Shown here: positions 19,122 through 28,879 of the stretch, in pieces
Layout of the letters: every line of letters starts with the position of its first letter
How positions within the stretch are numbered: the stretch's first letter is position 1
Origin: Casimicrobiaceae bacterium
Lineage (GTDB): Bacteria > Pseudomonadota > Gammaproteobacteria > Burkholderiales > Casimicrobiaceae
Direction of reading: 5' to 3'
DNA: 61,741 nucleotides
NCBI GenBank assembly: GCA_035252665.1
Contig: DATFCW010000498.1
Span: 1 to 61,741 of the forward strand
Notes under the pieces: model-generated
Databases searched by the model: none
Seen by the model: the letters and a program-made list of their open reading frames with translations, nothing else
What the model was told of the DNA's origin: nothing
Translations under genes and position numbers: made by a program

Positions 19122-21413
19122 TCAGTGCTTCGCCGGCGTCGCATCGAACGCCACACGCACGCCGACGAAGATCGCCCGCGGCGACCCGAGCGCATGGAAC
19201 TGCTCCGATACCGGGGCGATGCCCTGCGCGGGGCCGAAGCTTCGTCCCGGTCCCGTGAACACGTTCGAGCCGAGTTGCGCGAAGTTCGCGTACTGGCGAT
19301 CGAACAGATTCTCGACCGTAGCGAATAACGTCACGCGCGGCGTCAGCGCGTATTGCGCATCGAGATTGACGACGAAATAGCCGGGGAGGGAACCGCCGCG
19401 GTCGGCATTGTTGTCGTCGCCGATCGGATATTGGCTCGATACGGCGAGCATCGAAACACCGAGGTCCGCCTTGGGCACGACGCTCCAGTCGACGCGGAGC
19501 TTCGCGCTTTGCGCAGGAATGCCGGGTATGCGATTGCCGGCGTGCACGACGATGCCGCCAGCTGCGTCCGCCTGCGAGTTGTTCGGGCTCGACGCGTCGA
19601 ACGTCGACCGATAGCGCGCATCGATCGCATCGTAGCGAAACGTCACGGTGACGGGGTCGGTGCGCCAGGTGGCGCCGAGCTCGATGCCTTGGCGTCGTGT
19701 TCTGCCGACGTTGCGGAAGTAGCCGGCGTTCGTCGCGCCAGCCCCGCTCGGAATGAAGGCGAGATCGTCGCGCAGACCGGTGCGATAAACCGCCGCCGAC
19801 CAGGCGAGATTGCGCCATTTGCCGCGCGCACCAGTTTCGATCGTCGACGACACCACTTTCTTGAGCGGCGGATCGGCGAGGAATTCGTTCGGCAGCTTGC
19901 AGGGCGCGTCGGGATCGGCGCAGGTGAGCTCGATTGGCGTCGGCGCGCGCATGCCTTCGTTGTAGCTCGCGTACGCGGTGAACGCCGGCGTCGGATTGAA
20001 ATTGACGCCGACCGCCGGATCGAGGCGCGAGAACGCGTTCGTGCCGTTCAGTGCGGCATCCTGGCCGCTGCGGTCCTCGATCACCGCGCGCGCCGTATCG
20101 TAGCGAGCCGACACGCTCATCGACCACGCGTCCGAGAGCGTAATCAGGTCGCTCGCATAGACCGCTGCATCGCTGTTGCGAAGCGCGACGATCGTGGTGT
20201 CGACGAACGGACCGGTGCCGATAGTGTTGCGGTCGGGTGCGAACGTTGCCGGCTGCGCTGCCTGCGAGAAATGCGTGATGCCGCCGTTTGCGCTCGCGCC
20301 GATCGCGAATTGATGCACGCGTCCGGTGAGCTTTGTGCGAAGCGTCCACTGCAGCGCGGCGCCGTAGCTCGTCTCGTCAATCGTGGCGCGATCGTTCGTT
20401 CCGGGATTGGTCTCCACCAGGCCAGTATCGGGATCGATATCGCCGAAATCGTCGTTGACGTTGCTCGAAAGATTGTTGTTGCGATATCGGCGGTAGTAGA
20501 GGTTCGCGTCGACGAGCTGGTCCTCGCCAAGGAAGCGGCTCACTTTCGCGATCACGAACGCGAGCCGGTTCTCGTTGATGTCGGGATACGTGTAAGGATC
20601 GCGCGGCGCATCGAGAAACGACACCGGCAACGTTTGCGAGCCTTCGAGCGTGTTGTCGGCCAGCGTCACGCTGACGTCGATGTTCGATCGCTCGTCCTCG
20701 CGCCCGACCTTCGCGAAGAATTGCCGCACGCGGCTTCCGGAATGCTTCGCGTAGCCGTCGTCGTCGGCGAAGTTGCCGGTTGCGAACGCGTCGAGCGCGT
20801 CGTGGGAGACGCCGTACTGGAATTCGAGCGCGCGACGTCGAAACGAGCCGCCCGACGCCTCGAACGACAAGCCGGGATACTGGTCACCGCTCTTCGTGTA
20901 AATGGTGAGCGCGCCGCCGAGTGTGTTGAGGCCGAACGCGGGCACCGTGCCGGGTAACAGTTGCACGCTCGATATCGCCGAGCGCGGCAGCAAATCCCAG
21001 TTGACGACGTCGCCGAAGGCCTCGTTGATCCGCACGCCGTCCTGGAACACGGAAACGCCTTGCGGCGTTCCGAGCAGCGGCGACGCCGCGAAGCCGCGGA
21101 ACTCGAGCGACTGCTGGAATGCGTTGCCCTGGCCCGATGCCGCGCTGACGCTGTTGGCGTTGAGATCTAGGAACTGCGTCAGCGTGAGCGGGCGCAGCCG
21201 CGAGAACTGCCGGTTGTCGAAGATCTGCACGTTCGCCGGCACATCGCGAAGCGCCGTGCCGAGCCCCGGCAGCGGCGCAGTGCCGACGACATCGACCGAG
21301 GGCAACTCGAACACCTCGGCCGCATTGTCGGCGGCGTGCGCGCCGCTGCACGCGGCAAGGATCGCCAGCGCAGCGACGGCCCGTCGCGTCGCGTCATGTC
21401 GATGGACGCTCAT
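19122..21413 (-). CDS. TonB-dependent receptor, candidate lanthanide(-chelate) importer
   Basis: Signal peptide, plug FRGF..SPLLG.PQG..V.QDGVRINE, APTPIELTCADPDAPCKLPN, ENLFD; substrate inferred from context only. Confidence 0.88.
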   Translation of the reverse strand: MSVHRHDATRRAVAALAILAACSGAHAADNAAEVFELPSVDVVGTAPLPGLGTALRDVPANVQIFDNRQFSRLRPLTLTQFLDLNANSVSAASGQGNAFQQSLEFRGFAASPLLGTPQGVSVFQDGVRINEAFGDVVNWDLLPRSAISSVQLLPGTVPAFGLNTLGGALTIYTKSGDQYPGLSFEASGGSFRRRALEFQYGVSHDALDAFATGNFADDDGYAKHSGSRVRQFFAKVGREDERSNIDVSVTLADNTLEGSQTLPVSFLDAPRDPYTYPDINENRLAFVIAKVSRFLGEDQLVDANLYYRRYRNNNLSSNVNDDFGDIDPDTGLVETNPGTNDRATIDETSYGAALQWTLRTKLTGRVHQFAIGASANGGITHFSQAAQPATFAPDRNTIGTGPFVDTTIVALRNSDAAVYASDLITLSDAWSMSVSARYDTARAVIEDRSGQDAALNGTNAFSRLDPAVGVNFNPTPAFTAYASYNEGMRAPTPIELTCADPDAPCKLPNEFLADPPLKKVVSSTIETGARGKWRNLAWSAAVYRTGLRDDLAFIPSGAGATNAGYFRNVGRTRRQGIELGATWRTDPVTVTFRYDAIDARYRSTFDASSPNNSQADAAGGIVVHAGNRIPGIPAQSAKLRVDWSVVPKADLGVSMLAVSSQYPIGDDNNADRGGSLPGYFVVNLDAQYALTPRVTLFATVENLFDRQYANFAQLGSNVFTGPGRSFGPAQGIAPVSEQFHALGSPRAIFVGVRVAFDATPAKH

Positions 21414-21498
21414 CGTCTCGCGTCTCCGAATGTCTTCATGCATCCATGCGCCCGTGCAGGCTCTAGAATAGCGGCGAGCGTGCGGAGGCCATCGAACC

Positions 21499-22572
21499 AT
21501 GCATAGGACCAAAGTGACGAACCGATCGAATTTTGCCGCGCTCACGATAGTCGCGAGCGTCGCCTTCGCCGCGTGCCTGTCGCTCTCGCGAGCAACCTGG
21601 GCAGCGGAAACCGGTGTCGCTTACGTGAGCACCGCCTCCGGCCTTGCGGTGATCGACCTCGGACGTCTCGAAGTCGCGCGGACTGTGGATCTGCCCTCGG
21701 CGGTACGCGGCCTCGCCGTGACGCCGGATGGCAAGTACGTCCTCACCGCGGACGAGTCGAGCGGGGACGTCGCCGTCATCGATTCCTCGAATTTCAGCGT
21801 CGTCAGACGTGTGCCGATCGGCAAGAACCCCGAGTTCATGCGCATGCAACCCGATGGCGCGAAGGCATACGTCACGTTCGAGCCGTCGTCTTCCGGCAAG
21901 CCGCCGGGCAAAGGGGACAAGGACGATGACTCTGGCACGCCGGCCGAAGTCGCGGCGATCGACTTACGCAACTGGACGGCGAAGAGTTTCTTCACCGGGG
22001 GCCGCGAAACCGAAGGGATCGAATTCTCGCCCGACGGGAAGCGCCTATCCGTCGCGAACGAAGGCGACGACACGGTCACGAGTTACGACAAGCAGACCGG
22101 AAAGCTCCTGCAAACCGTCGATCTGCATTCGCTGGGAAGCCGCCCGCGCGGCATCAAGGTGTCGCCCGATGGAACACGCTACGTCGTGACGATGGAGAAC
22201 AGCGATACGCTCGTCTTGCTCGATCCGTCGCTGAAGGTCGAAAAGACGGTGCAGGTTGACAAGGGACCTTACGGCGTTGCGTTCGATCGGTCCGGGCAAC
22301 GACTGTTCGTCGCGGCGGCGAGAGCGAAGATGCTTCAGGTGTTCGATGCAAAGACGTTCCGGAAGCTCGCCGACATACCGGTCGGTCAGCGCTGCTGGCA
22401 CTTTTCGTTCACGCCAGACGAGGCGTATATCCTGGTCGCGTGCGGACGCTCGAACGAGCTCCGCGTTGTCGACGCCAAGACGTATCAGCCGGTCAAGAGC
22501 ATCCCCGGCCTGAAGCTCGCCTGGGGCGTGGTGACATATCCCAAGGCGAACGGTTCGCTCGACGCGCGCTGA
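21499..22572 (+). CDS. Exported YVTN-type beta-propeller protein
   Basis: Repeated (S/T)PDG-K/T blades and VPIGKNPE/PVGQR motifs; signal peptide. Confidence 0.85.
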   Translation: MHRTKVTNRSNFAALTIVASVAFAACLSLSRATWAAETGVAYVSTASGLAVIDLGRLEVARTVDLPSAVRGLAVTPDGKYVLTADESSGDVAVIDSSNFSVVRRVPIGKNPEFMRMQPDGAKAYVTFEPSSSGKPPGKGDKDDDSGTPAEVAAIDLRNWTAKSFFTGGRETEGIEFSPDGKRLSVANEGDDTVTSYDKQTGKLLQTVDLHSLGSRPRGIKVSPDGTRYVVTMENSDTLVLLDPSLKVEKTVQVDKGPYGVAFDRSGQRLFVAAARAKMLQVFDAKTFRKLADIPVGQRCWHFSFTPDEAYILVACGRSNELRVVDAKTYQPVKSIPGLKLAWGVVTYPKANGSLDAR

Positions 22573-22698
22573 TCGGCTGGGAGTGCAAGCGCGCGGCTGG
22601 CCCTCCGCGCTTGATTCTCGTATGCTAACCGGCTTTCGGCGCACGCGGTGACCACGATGCTCGCGGTCCACGGTGCTCGCGAGAAAGGCAAAACGGCG

Positions 22699-24801
22699 AT
22701 GCCGAACTGGATGCCGCTACTTGTGATTCCGCTTGCACTTGCCGCGGTGCCGCGCGCATTCGCGCAGACGGCGGACCAGGCGCCCGAGGCGCCGCTCGTC
22801 ATCAATCCGATCACGGTGACGGCGACACGGCACGCCGAGCGCGCGTTCGACGTGCCGGCGTCGGTCGACATCATCGACGCGACGACGATTCACGACGAGC
22901 AACCGCAGGTGAATCTTTCCGAGACGCTCTCGCGCATTCCCGGCGTGTTCGTCGCGAATCGCCAGAACTACGCGCAAGACCTTCAGGTGAGCTCGCGTGG
23001 TTTTGGCGCGCGCGCACCGTTCGGGGTGCGCGGCGTTCGCCTTTATCAGGACGGCATTCCGGTCACGATGCCGGACGGGCAGGGCCAGACGGGTAGCTTC
23101 AGCCTTTTGTCGGCGTCGCGCATCGAAATTCTCCGCGGACCGTTCTCGGCGCTTTACGGCAATGCATCGGGTGGCGTGATCTCGGTCTTCACCGAGGATC
23201 CACCGGCCGTGCCGTATTTCGAGGCCGATGCGGGCGGCGGCAGTTACGGCACCGGGGTGTTCGGCATGAAAGTCGGCGCGAAAGGTGCGTATGTTGGCGG
23301 GGTTGCCGCGGCGAGCGAGTTCCGTACGGACGGCTATCGCGCGCATTCGTCGGCGCGGCGCGATCTCACGAACGCGAAGCTCGTGATCGATGCGTCACCC
23401 GAGACGCGGATCACGCTCATCGGCAACACGCAATTCCAGCCGGAGACGCAGGACCCGCTCGGCTTGACACGCGCCGAATGGAGCGCAAACCCGCGTGGCG
23501 CCGATCCGGCGGCGTTCCTGTTCGATACGCGCAAGACGATCAACCAGGAGCAGGTCGGCGCGGGCGTCGATCATCGTTTCTCCGATGCGCTTTCGCTGCA
23601 TGTCGACGCCTACGGCGGGCGCAGGCTGATCCGGCAATATCTCGCGCTTACCGGCAGCGGCGCGACGTCGTCGGGCGGCGTCACCGATCTCGACCGCGAC
23701 TACGGCGGCATCGGACTGCGCCTGATATGGCGCGCATCGCTCCTCGATCGGCCGGTCGCGATCACGGTCGGCGGTGACTTCGATCACCAGCACGAGCGGC
23801 GCAAGGGCTTCGTCAACAATTTCGGCGACCTGGGCGATTTGCGGCGCGACGAGGACGACAACGTATTCGGCAACGATCTCTACGCGCAGGCCGAATGGGA
23901 TTTCGCGCCGCGCTGGTCGGGAACGCTCGGCGTCCGCACGAGCAACGTTCACTACACGTCCGATGATCACTATGTGACGGCGACCAATCCCGACGACAGC
24001 GGCAGCCAGCGCTTCGACGACACGAGCCCGGTGGGCGGCATCGTCTTTCATGCGACCAACGATCTCAATGCGTACGCGAGCTACGGCGAGGGCTTCGAGA
24101 CGCCGACGTTCGCGGAGCTCGCCTATCGCGTTGGCGGCAGCGGCCTCAATTTTGCGCTCCAGCCGGCGCGAAGCCGCGCGACCGAGATCGGACTCAAGTA
24201 TCGGCTCGACGATCGCCAACGCGCCACGTTCGCGCTCTTCAACGTGAATACGAGGAACGAGATCGTCGTCGACCAGGCGATCGGCGGACGCACGATCTAC
24301 AAGAACGCATCGGCGACGAGACGGCGCGGTGCCGAGGCGCTATGGGATGGCCGCTTCGACTACGGAATCGAAGCGCACGTTGCGCTGACGTGGCTTCGCG
24401 CCGAGTTCACCGAGCCGTATACGACGGGCTCGCCACCGGCGACCGTTCCCGCCGGCAATCGGCTTCCGGCAGTGCCGTCGAAGGAAGCGTACGCGGAGCT
24501 CGCGTGGGTGCCGGCGCGCTTCCGCGGCTTCGATGCGGCGCTCGAGGCGGTGTATGTCGACAAGCTCTACGTCAACGAGCTCAACAGCGATGCGGCGCCA
24601 TCGTATGCGGTGATGAACGCGCGCATCGGCTACGGACAGACGATCGGCACGACAACGTGGAAGGCGTTCGTGCGCCTCAACAACATCTTCGATCGCAACT
24701 ACGCCGGCTCGGTGATCGTCGGCGATGGCAACGGCCGCTTTTTCGAGCCCGCGCCGGGACGCAACTGGTTCGTCGGCGCGAACGTGCGAGTGCAGCTTTG
24801 A
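22699..24801 (+). CDS. pqqU: TonB-dependent receptor of the YncD/PqqU (PQQ uptake) family
   Basis: NRQNYAQDLQVSSRGFGAR..FGVRGVRLYQDGIP.TMPDGQGQT, LRRDEDD, GFETPT, YAGSVIV...FEPAPGRNW match E. coli YncD as recalled. Confidence 0.8.
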   Translation: MPNWMPLLVIPLALAAVPRAFAQTADQAPEAPLVINPITVTATRHAERAFDVPASVDIIDATTIHDEQPQVNLSETLSRIPGVFVANRQNYAQDLQVSSRGFGARAPFGVRGVRLYQDGIPVTMPDGQGQTGSFSLLSASRIEILRGPFSALYGNASGGVISVFTEDPPAVPYFEADAGGGSYGTGVFGMKVGAKGAYVGGVAAASEFRTDGYRAHSSARRDLTNAKLVIDASPETRITLIGNTQFQPETQDPLGLTRAEWSANPRGADPAAFLFDTRKTINQEQVGAGVDHRFSDALSLHVDAYGGRRLIRQYLALTGSGATSSGGVTDLDRDYGGIGLRLIWRASLLDRPVAITVGGDFDHQHERRKGFVNNFGDLGDLRRDEDDNVFGNDLYAQAEWDFAPRWSGTLGVRTSNVHYTSDDHYVTATNPDDSGSQRFDDTSPVGGIVFHATNDLNAYASYGEGFETPTFAELAYRVGGSGLNFALQPARSRATEIGLKYRLDDRQRATFALFNVNTRNEIVVDQAIGGRTIYKNASATRRRGAEALWDGRFDYGIEAHVALTWLRAEFTEPYTTGSPPATVPAGNRLPAVPSKEAYAELAWVPARFRGFDAALEAVYVDKLYVNELNSDAAPSYAVMNARIGYGQTIGTTTWKAFVRLNNIFDRNYAGSVIVGDGNGRFFEPAPGRNWFVGANVRVQL

Positions 24802-25433
24802 TGGCGTCGAACGCGCCGATATCGCGTTACACGAAGACGGCCGTCGTCGTCCATTGGCTGATCGCCGCCATCGTGTTCGGTCAGTTCGCGTTCGGCTGGC
24901 TGATGCAGCAGATCCCGAAGGGGCACGGCAGCATACGCGCCGATGCGTTCAACCTGCACAAGTCGATCGGCCTCTGTCTGCTCTCGCTAATGCTGTTTCG
25001 CCTCGGCTGGCGGCTTCTCCATCCGGCTCCGCCATTGCCGGCGTTGCCACGCTGGCAGGCATGCGCCGCGAAGGCGAATCACGCGGCGCTTTACGCGACG
25101 CTGACCGTGATGCCGCTCGCCGGTTACCTCGGGTCCGTGTTCAGCGGCTATCCGGTGAAGTGGTTCGGCGTCACGCTTCCCGCGTGGGGTTCGAAGATGC
25201 CCGCGGTCAAGGACCTGATGAGCGACATCCACCTCGTGGCGAGCTTCGTGCTCGCGACGCTCGTCGTCGTCCACGTTACCGCTGCACTGATGCATGCCTG
25301 GCGCGGCGATGGCGTACTGGCGCGGATGACGTTTGCGCCAAGATCGCCTCGTGTCAGTGAGCCGCGGCGGAAGCCCGCGGAGGCGATGCCCGAAGTACCT
25401 GCTCGAGGAGCTGTACGGTTTCCGCGTGCTTGA
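24801..25433 (+). CDS. Cytochrome b561 (YceJ/CybB-like)
   Basis: RY...HWLIA, LHKSIG, NHAALY, HV.AALMH heme histidines; TGATG overlap with pqqU. Confidence 0.88.
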   Translation: MASNAPISRYTKTAVVVHWLIAAIVFGQFAFGWLMQQIPKGHGSIRADAFNLHKSIGLCLLSLMLFRLGWRLLHPAPPLPALPRWQACAAKANHAALYATLTVMPLAGYLGSVFSGYPVKWFGVTLPAWGSKMPAVKDLMSDIHLVASFVLATLVVVHVTAALMHAWRGDGVLARMTFAPRSPRVSEPRRKPAEAMPEVPARGAVRFPRA

Positions 25434-26091
25434 AATCGCGCGCCATGTCGAGCGCGCTCTTTCCGCGATTGTCCACTGGGTCCACCCGCGCGCCGGCATC
25501 GATCAGCACGCGCACCGTGTCGGTGTGCCCGTATCCGGCGGCCCACATGAGCGCGGTCAGGTCGTTGCGATAAACGGCGTTCGGATCGACGCCGTGCGCG
25601 AGGAGCAGGCGCACGACTTCCGTCCGACCTTCGCCGGCGGCATACGTGATCGCGTTCTTGCCCAGTTGATCGACGGCCGCGACATCGGCGCCACGGTCGA
25701 GCAGCGCCTTCGCCATCTCGACGTTGCCGGCGTAGGCAGCCGCCATCAAGGGCGTGACGCCGTTCACCGCGCCGAGGTTCACGTTCGCGCCCGCTTCGAT
25801 CAACGGCTTCGCCATGTCGGCGCGGTTCTTCTCGAGCGCGATCAGGAGCGCCGTCTTGCCGACGCGATTGCGCGAATCGACCGCGGCACCTTCCTTCAGC
25901 GCCCGGACGACGCCTGCTGCGTCGTCGTTCCGCGCCGAGGCAAGCAGCCGCGCGTTGGTGGCGAGCTGGTCGTCGCTGGTGGCCATGGCAAGCGACGATC
26001 CGAGCGCAAAAAGCGTTGCCGCCATCGCGATCGCGACGGGCCGAACGCCTGCCCTTTCACGCATCCTGGGTAAAACGGACCTCCATTTCAT
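25354..26091 (-). CDS. Exported ankyrin-repeat protein
   Basis: GKTALLIA, GVTPLMAAA, LTALMWAA, GKSALDMA repeats; signal-like N-terminus; GGAGG RBS. Confidence 0.9.
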   Translation of the reverse strand: MKWRSVLPRMRERAGVRPVAIAMAATLFALGSSLAMATSDDQLATNARLLASARNDDAAGVVRALKEGAAVDSRNRVGKTALLIALEKNRADMAKPLIEAGANVNLGAVNGVTPLMAAAYAGNVEMAKALLDRGADVAAVDQLGKNAITYAAGEGRTEVVRLLLAHGVDPNAVYRNDLTALMWAAGYGHTDTVRVLIDAGARVDPVDNRGKSALDMARDFKHAETVQLLEQVLRASPPRASAAAH

Positions 26092-26120
26092 CGCAATTCC
26101 TCCGTGCGGGGTGGCGCGCG

Positions 26121-26209
26121 GCAAATCGGTGCCAGAGATGTATTTCCCGGCGCCGCTGCTACGGGCTCGTTGTGCTCGTTCGGGAAATACATCTCTGGCA
26201 CCGATTTGC
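26121..26209. repeat. Inverted-repeat element, perfect 29-bp arms (GGTGCCAGAGATGTATTTC family)
   Basis: GCAAATCGGTGCCAGAGATGTATTTCCCG-31 nt-CGGGAAATACATCTCTGGCACCGATTTGC. Confidence 0.92.
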
Positions 26210-26371
26210 AACTTGGGCTAAAACGCACTATAACGGCGTTTGCGCGCGCGGACCAAGTGTCTTCGCGCCACGCTGCTTGGGGACATTTTCGAAAATGCAG
26301 CGCATCACGCTGCGCCAACCATTGCCGTATTCAGGCTCGCGCAAGAACAAGGCACCCAGGAGGGCCTTTCC

Positions 26372-28099
26372 ATGATCGAACGCAACACCATTGTCGCCCG
26401 CGCCGCGCTCGTCGCCGGGGCTTTCGCGCTGTCGCTTTCGGCCGGTGCACAGGAAACCGGCACCGCGGATACGACGACCGCCCGGCCCATGTCGAACAAG
26501 CTCATGCCCGTCTCGCAGGCAATGCTCGACAACGCCGGGTCGGATGCGAAGAACTGGATTCACTCGAACGGCAGCTACGCGCAGACGCGTTATTACCCGG
26601 GCTCGCAGATCAACACGGGCAACGTGGCAAAGCTCAAGCCCGCGTTCGTGTTCCAGACCGCGGTACTCGAATCGATGGAGACCGCGCCAATCGTTGTCGA
26701 CGGCGTGATGTTCCTGACGACGTCGTTCAACCACGTCTACGCGATCGACGCGGCAACCGGCGAGGAATACTGGCACTACAAGCACAAGATGGGACCGATC
26801 ACGACGTTCTGCTGCGGTCCGAACAACCGCGGCGTTGCGATCGACGGCGATCGGCTGTTCATGGGAACGCTCGACGCGAAGCTCGTCGCGCTCGACGCAA
26901 AGACCGGCAAGCTCCTGTGGGAAACGCAGATTGCCGATCCCGACAAGGGCTATTCGGAAACGATGGCGCCCGCCGCGGTCGACGGCAAAGTCCTGATCGG
27001 CACCAACGGCGGCGAGTACGGCATCCGCGGATTCGTCAAGGCGTTCGACCAGAAGGACGGCCACCTGCTGTGGACGTTCTACACGATTCCCGACAAGGGT
27101 CAGGAAGGGGTTTGGGCCGAGAAGGACGCAACGGGCCGCGACATGCATCGAGACATCGCGGCGGAGAAGGCAGCGCTCGCCAAGGACTCGTCGTTCTTCG
27201 ACAAGCTGGGCGGTGGCGTGTGGATGACGCCCTCGGTGGATCGCAAGAACCACACGATCTACTTCGTCGTCGGCAATCCGTCGCCCGATCTCTACGGCGC
27301 GATCCGCCCCGGCGATAACCTGTACACCGACTCGATGGTGGCGGTCGATCTCGAGAATGGCGCGTACAAGTGGCACTCGCAGTACATCGCGCACGACGTG
27401 TGGGACTTGGACGCGGTAAGCGCGACCGTGCTCACGCAGGCGAAGGATGCGAGCGGCAAGGTGGTCGACGTCGTGGTCCATGCCGGCAAGACCGGGCACG
27501 TCTACGTCAACGATCGCGCGACCGGCAAGCTGATCCGTTTCTCCGAGGCGATGATTCCTCAGGAGAACATGTGGACGTTGCCGACAGCGCAGGGCGCGCG
27601 CATGCTGCCGGGTGCGAACGGTGGCGTCGAATGGTCGCCGATCGCCGTCAATCCGAAGCTTCATACGGCGTTTGCGGCTAACCTGCATCAGCCGATGACG
27701 TATCAGGTCGAGGCCGCGCCGTATCCGGGCGGAAGCAAGTTGTGGCTGGGCGGCGCGTTCAAGACGATTCCGTCGGAAGCGCAATGGGGTCAACTCGTCG
27801 CCGTCAATCTCGACAATGGCAAGATCGTCTGGCAGCACAAGACGCCGCAGCCGCTGATCGGTGGCGTGCTCGCGACAGCGGGCGATCTCGTATTCAACGG
27901 CGAGGCGGACGGCTGGTATCGCGCGTACGACGCGCGCAGCGGCAAGGTGCTGTGGAGCTTCCAGTGTGGCGCGGGCGTCAATTCGCCGGGCGTTGCGTAC
28001 ATGGTGAACGGCAAGCAGTACATCGCCGTTGCGGCAGGCGGAAACAACCAGATCGACGCCAAGCGCGGCAACAGCGTGTTCGTATTCGCGCTGCCGTAA
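26372..28099 (+). CDS. Second PQQ-dependent alcohol dehydrogenase-family enzyme with a D-x-D motif
   Basis: Signal peptide, [41 protein letters not shown]; no heme domain. Confidence 0.9.
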   Translation: MIERNTIVARAALVAGAFALSLSAGAQETGTADTTTARPMSNKLMPVSQAMLDNAGSDAKNWIHSNGSYAQTRYYPGSQINTGNVAKLKPAFVFQTAVLESMETAPIVVDGVMFLTTSFNHVYAIDAATGEEYWHYKHKMGPITTFCCGPNNRGVAIDGDRLFMGTLDAKLVALDAKTGKLLWETQIADPDKGYSETMAPAAVDGKVLIGTNGGEYGIRGFVKAFDQKDGHLLWTFYTIPDKGQEGVWAEKDATGRDMHRDIAAEKAALAKDSSFFDKLGGGVWMTPSVDRKNHTIYFVVGNPSPDLYGAIRPGDNLYTDSMVAVDLENGAYKWHSQYIAHDVWDLDAVSATVLTQAKDASGKVVDVVVHAGKTGHVYVNDRATGKLIRFSEAMIPQENMWTLPTAQGARMLPGANGGVEWSPIAVNPKLHTAFAANLHQPMTYQVEAAPYPGGSKLWLGGAFKTIPSEAQWGQLVAVNLDNGKIVWQHKTPQPLIGGVLATAGDLVFNGEADGWYRAYDARSGKVLWSFQCGAGVNSPGVAYMVNGKQYIAVAAGGNNQIDAKRGNSVFVFALP

Positions 28100-28117
28100 T
28101 CCCCGCATCGCATCGAG

Positions 28118-28150
28118 CGGCCGCGCCGCGAACCGGCGCGGCCGCTTTTG
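28118..28150 (+). terminator. Intrinsic terminator-like hairpin
   Basis: GCGGCCGCGCCG-loop-CGGCGCGGCCGC followed by TTTT. Confidence 0.6.
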
Positions 28151-28197
28151 TGTCAACGCTCGACGGGCATCCGTCGGTGCTCGAACCTTTTCTCGCG

Positions 28198-28776
28198 ATG
28201 AAGATTCTGTCGATCACAAGCGGTGTCGCTGCGTGTCTCGCATTCGGCGCGGCATTTGCGCAGGCGCCCGCGGGTGCGCCGCCGAAAGTTGAGGTGTGCG
28301 CCGCCTGCCATGGCGCCGACGGCAATTCGACGAATCCGTTGTATCCGAACCTCGCCCAGCAGACGGCGCGCTACATATACCTCGAACTCAAGGACTTCAA
28401 GGAGGGCCGGCGCAACGATCCGCTGATGAGCCCGATCGCGAAGACGCTCGATCAGAGCGAGATGCTCGCGCTCGCCGACTGGTACTCGAAGCAGAAGGAG
28501 AAGCCCACCAACTTCAAGGCCGACCCGGCGAAGGTGGAAGCGGGACGCAAGGTCGCCGATGCGGTGCTGTGCTCGATGTGCCACGGCGGCGATTTCGTCG
28601 GGCAGAACGAGATCCCGCGCGAGGCAGGGCAGCACTACGAGTACATCAAGAAGCAGCTACTCGATTTCAAGAACAAGCGCCGCACCAACGACGCAGGCAA
28701 CATGACGAGCGTGACGAGCACGCTGTCGGATGAGCAGATTGACGAGCTGGCGCAGTTTGTGGCGAATTTGCATTGA
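28198..28776 (+). CDS. Diheme cytochrome c4/c553
   Basis: Signal peptide, CAACH and CSMCH, YPNLAQQ. Confidence 0.92.
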   Translation: MKILSITSGVAACLAFGAAFAQAPAGAPPKVEVCAACHGADGNSTNPLYPNLAQQTARYIYLELKDFKEGRRNDPLMSPIAKTLDQSEMLALADWYSKQKEKPTNFKADPAKVEAGRKVADAVLCSMCHGGDFVGQNEIPREAGQHYEYIKKQLLDFKNKRRTNDAGNMTSVTSTLSDEQIDELAQFVANLH

Positions 28777-28879
28777 GCCAGGGGCCAGGATTCAGCGGCT
28801 AGAATTCAGGGACCACGATTTTGTGTGCTGCTCCCCGGCCCCTGAATCCTGGACCCTCGGCGCGCGAGCGCTACAAGCA

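Noticed and set aside
26196-26210. Sigma-54-like TGGCAC...TTGCA
   Set aside because: GG-to-GC spacing is 9 rather than 10 nt, and the motif is part of the repeat arm
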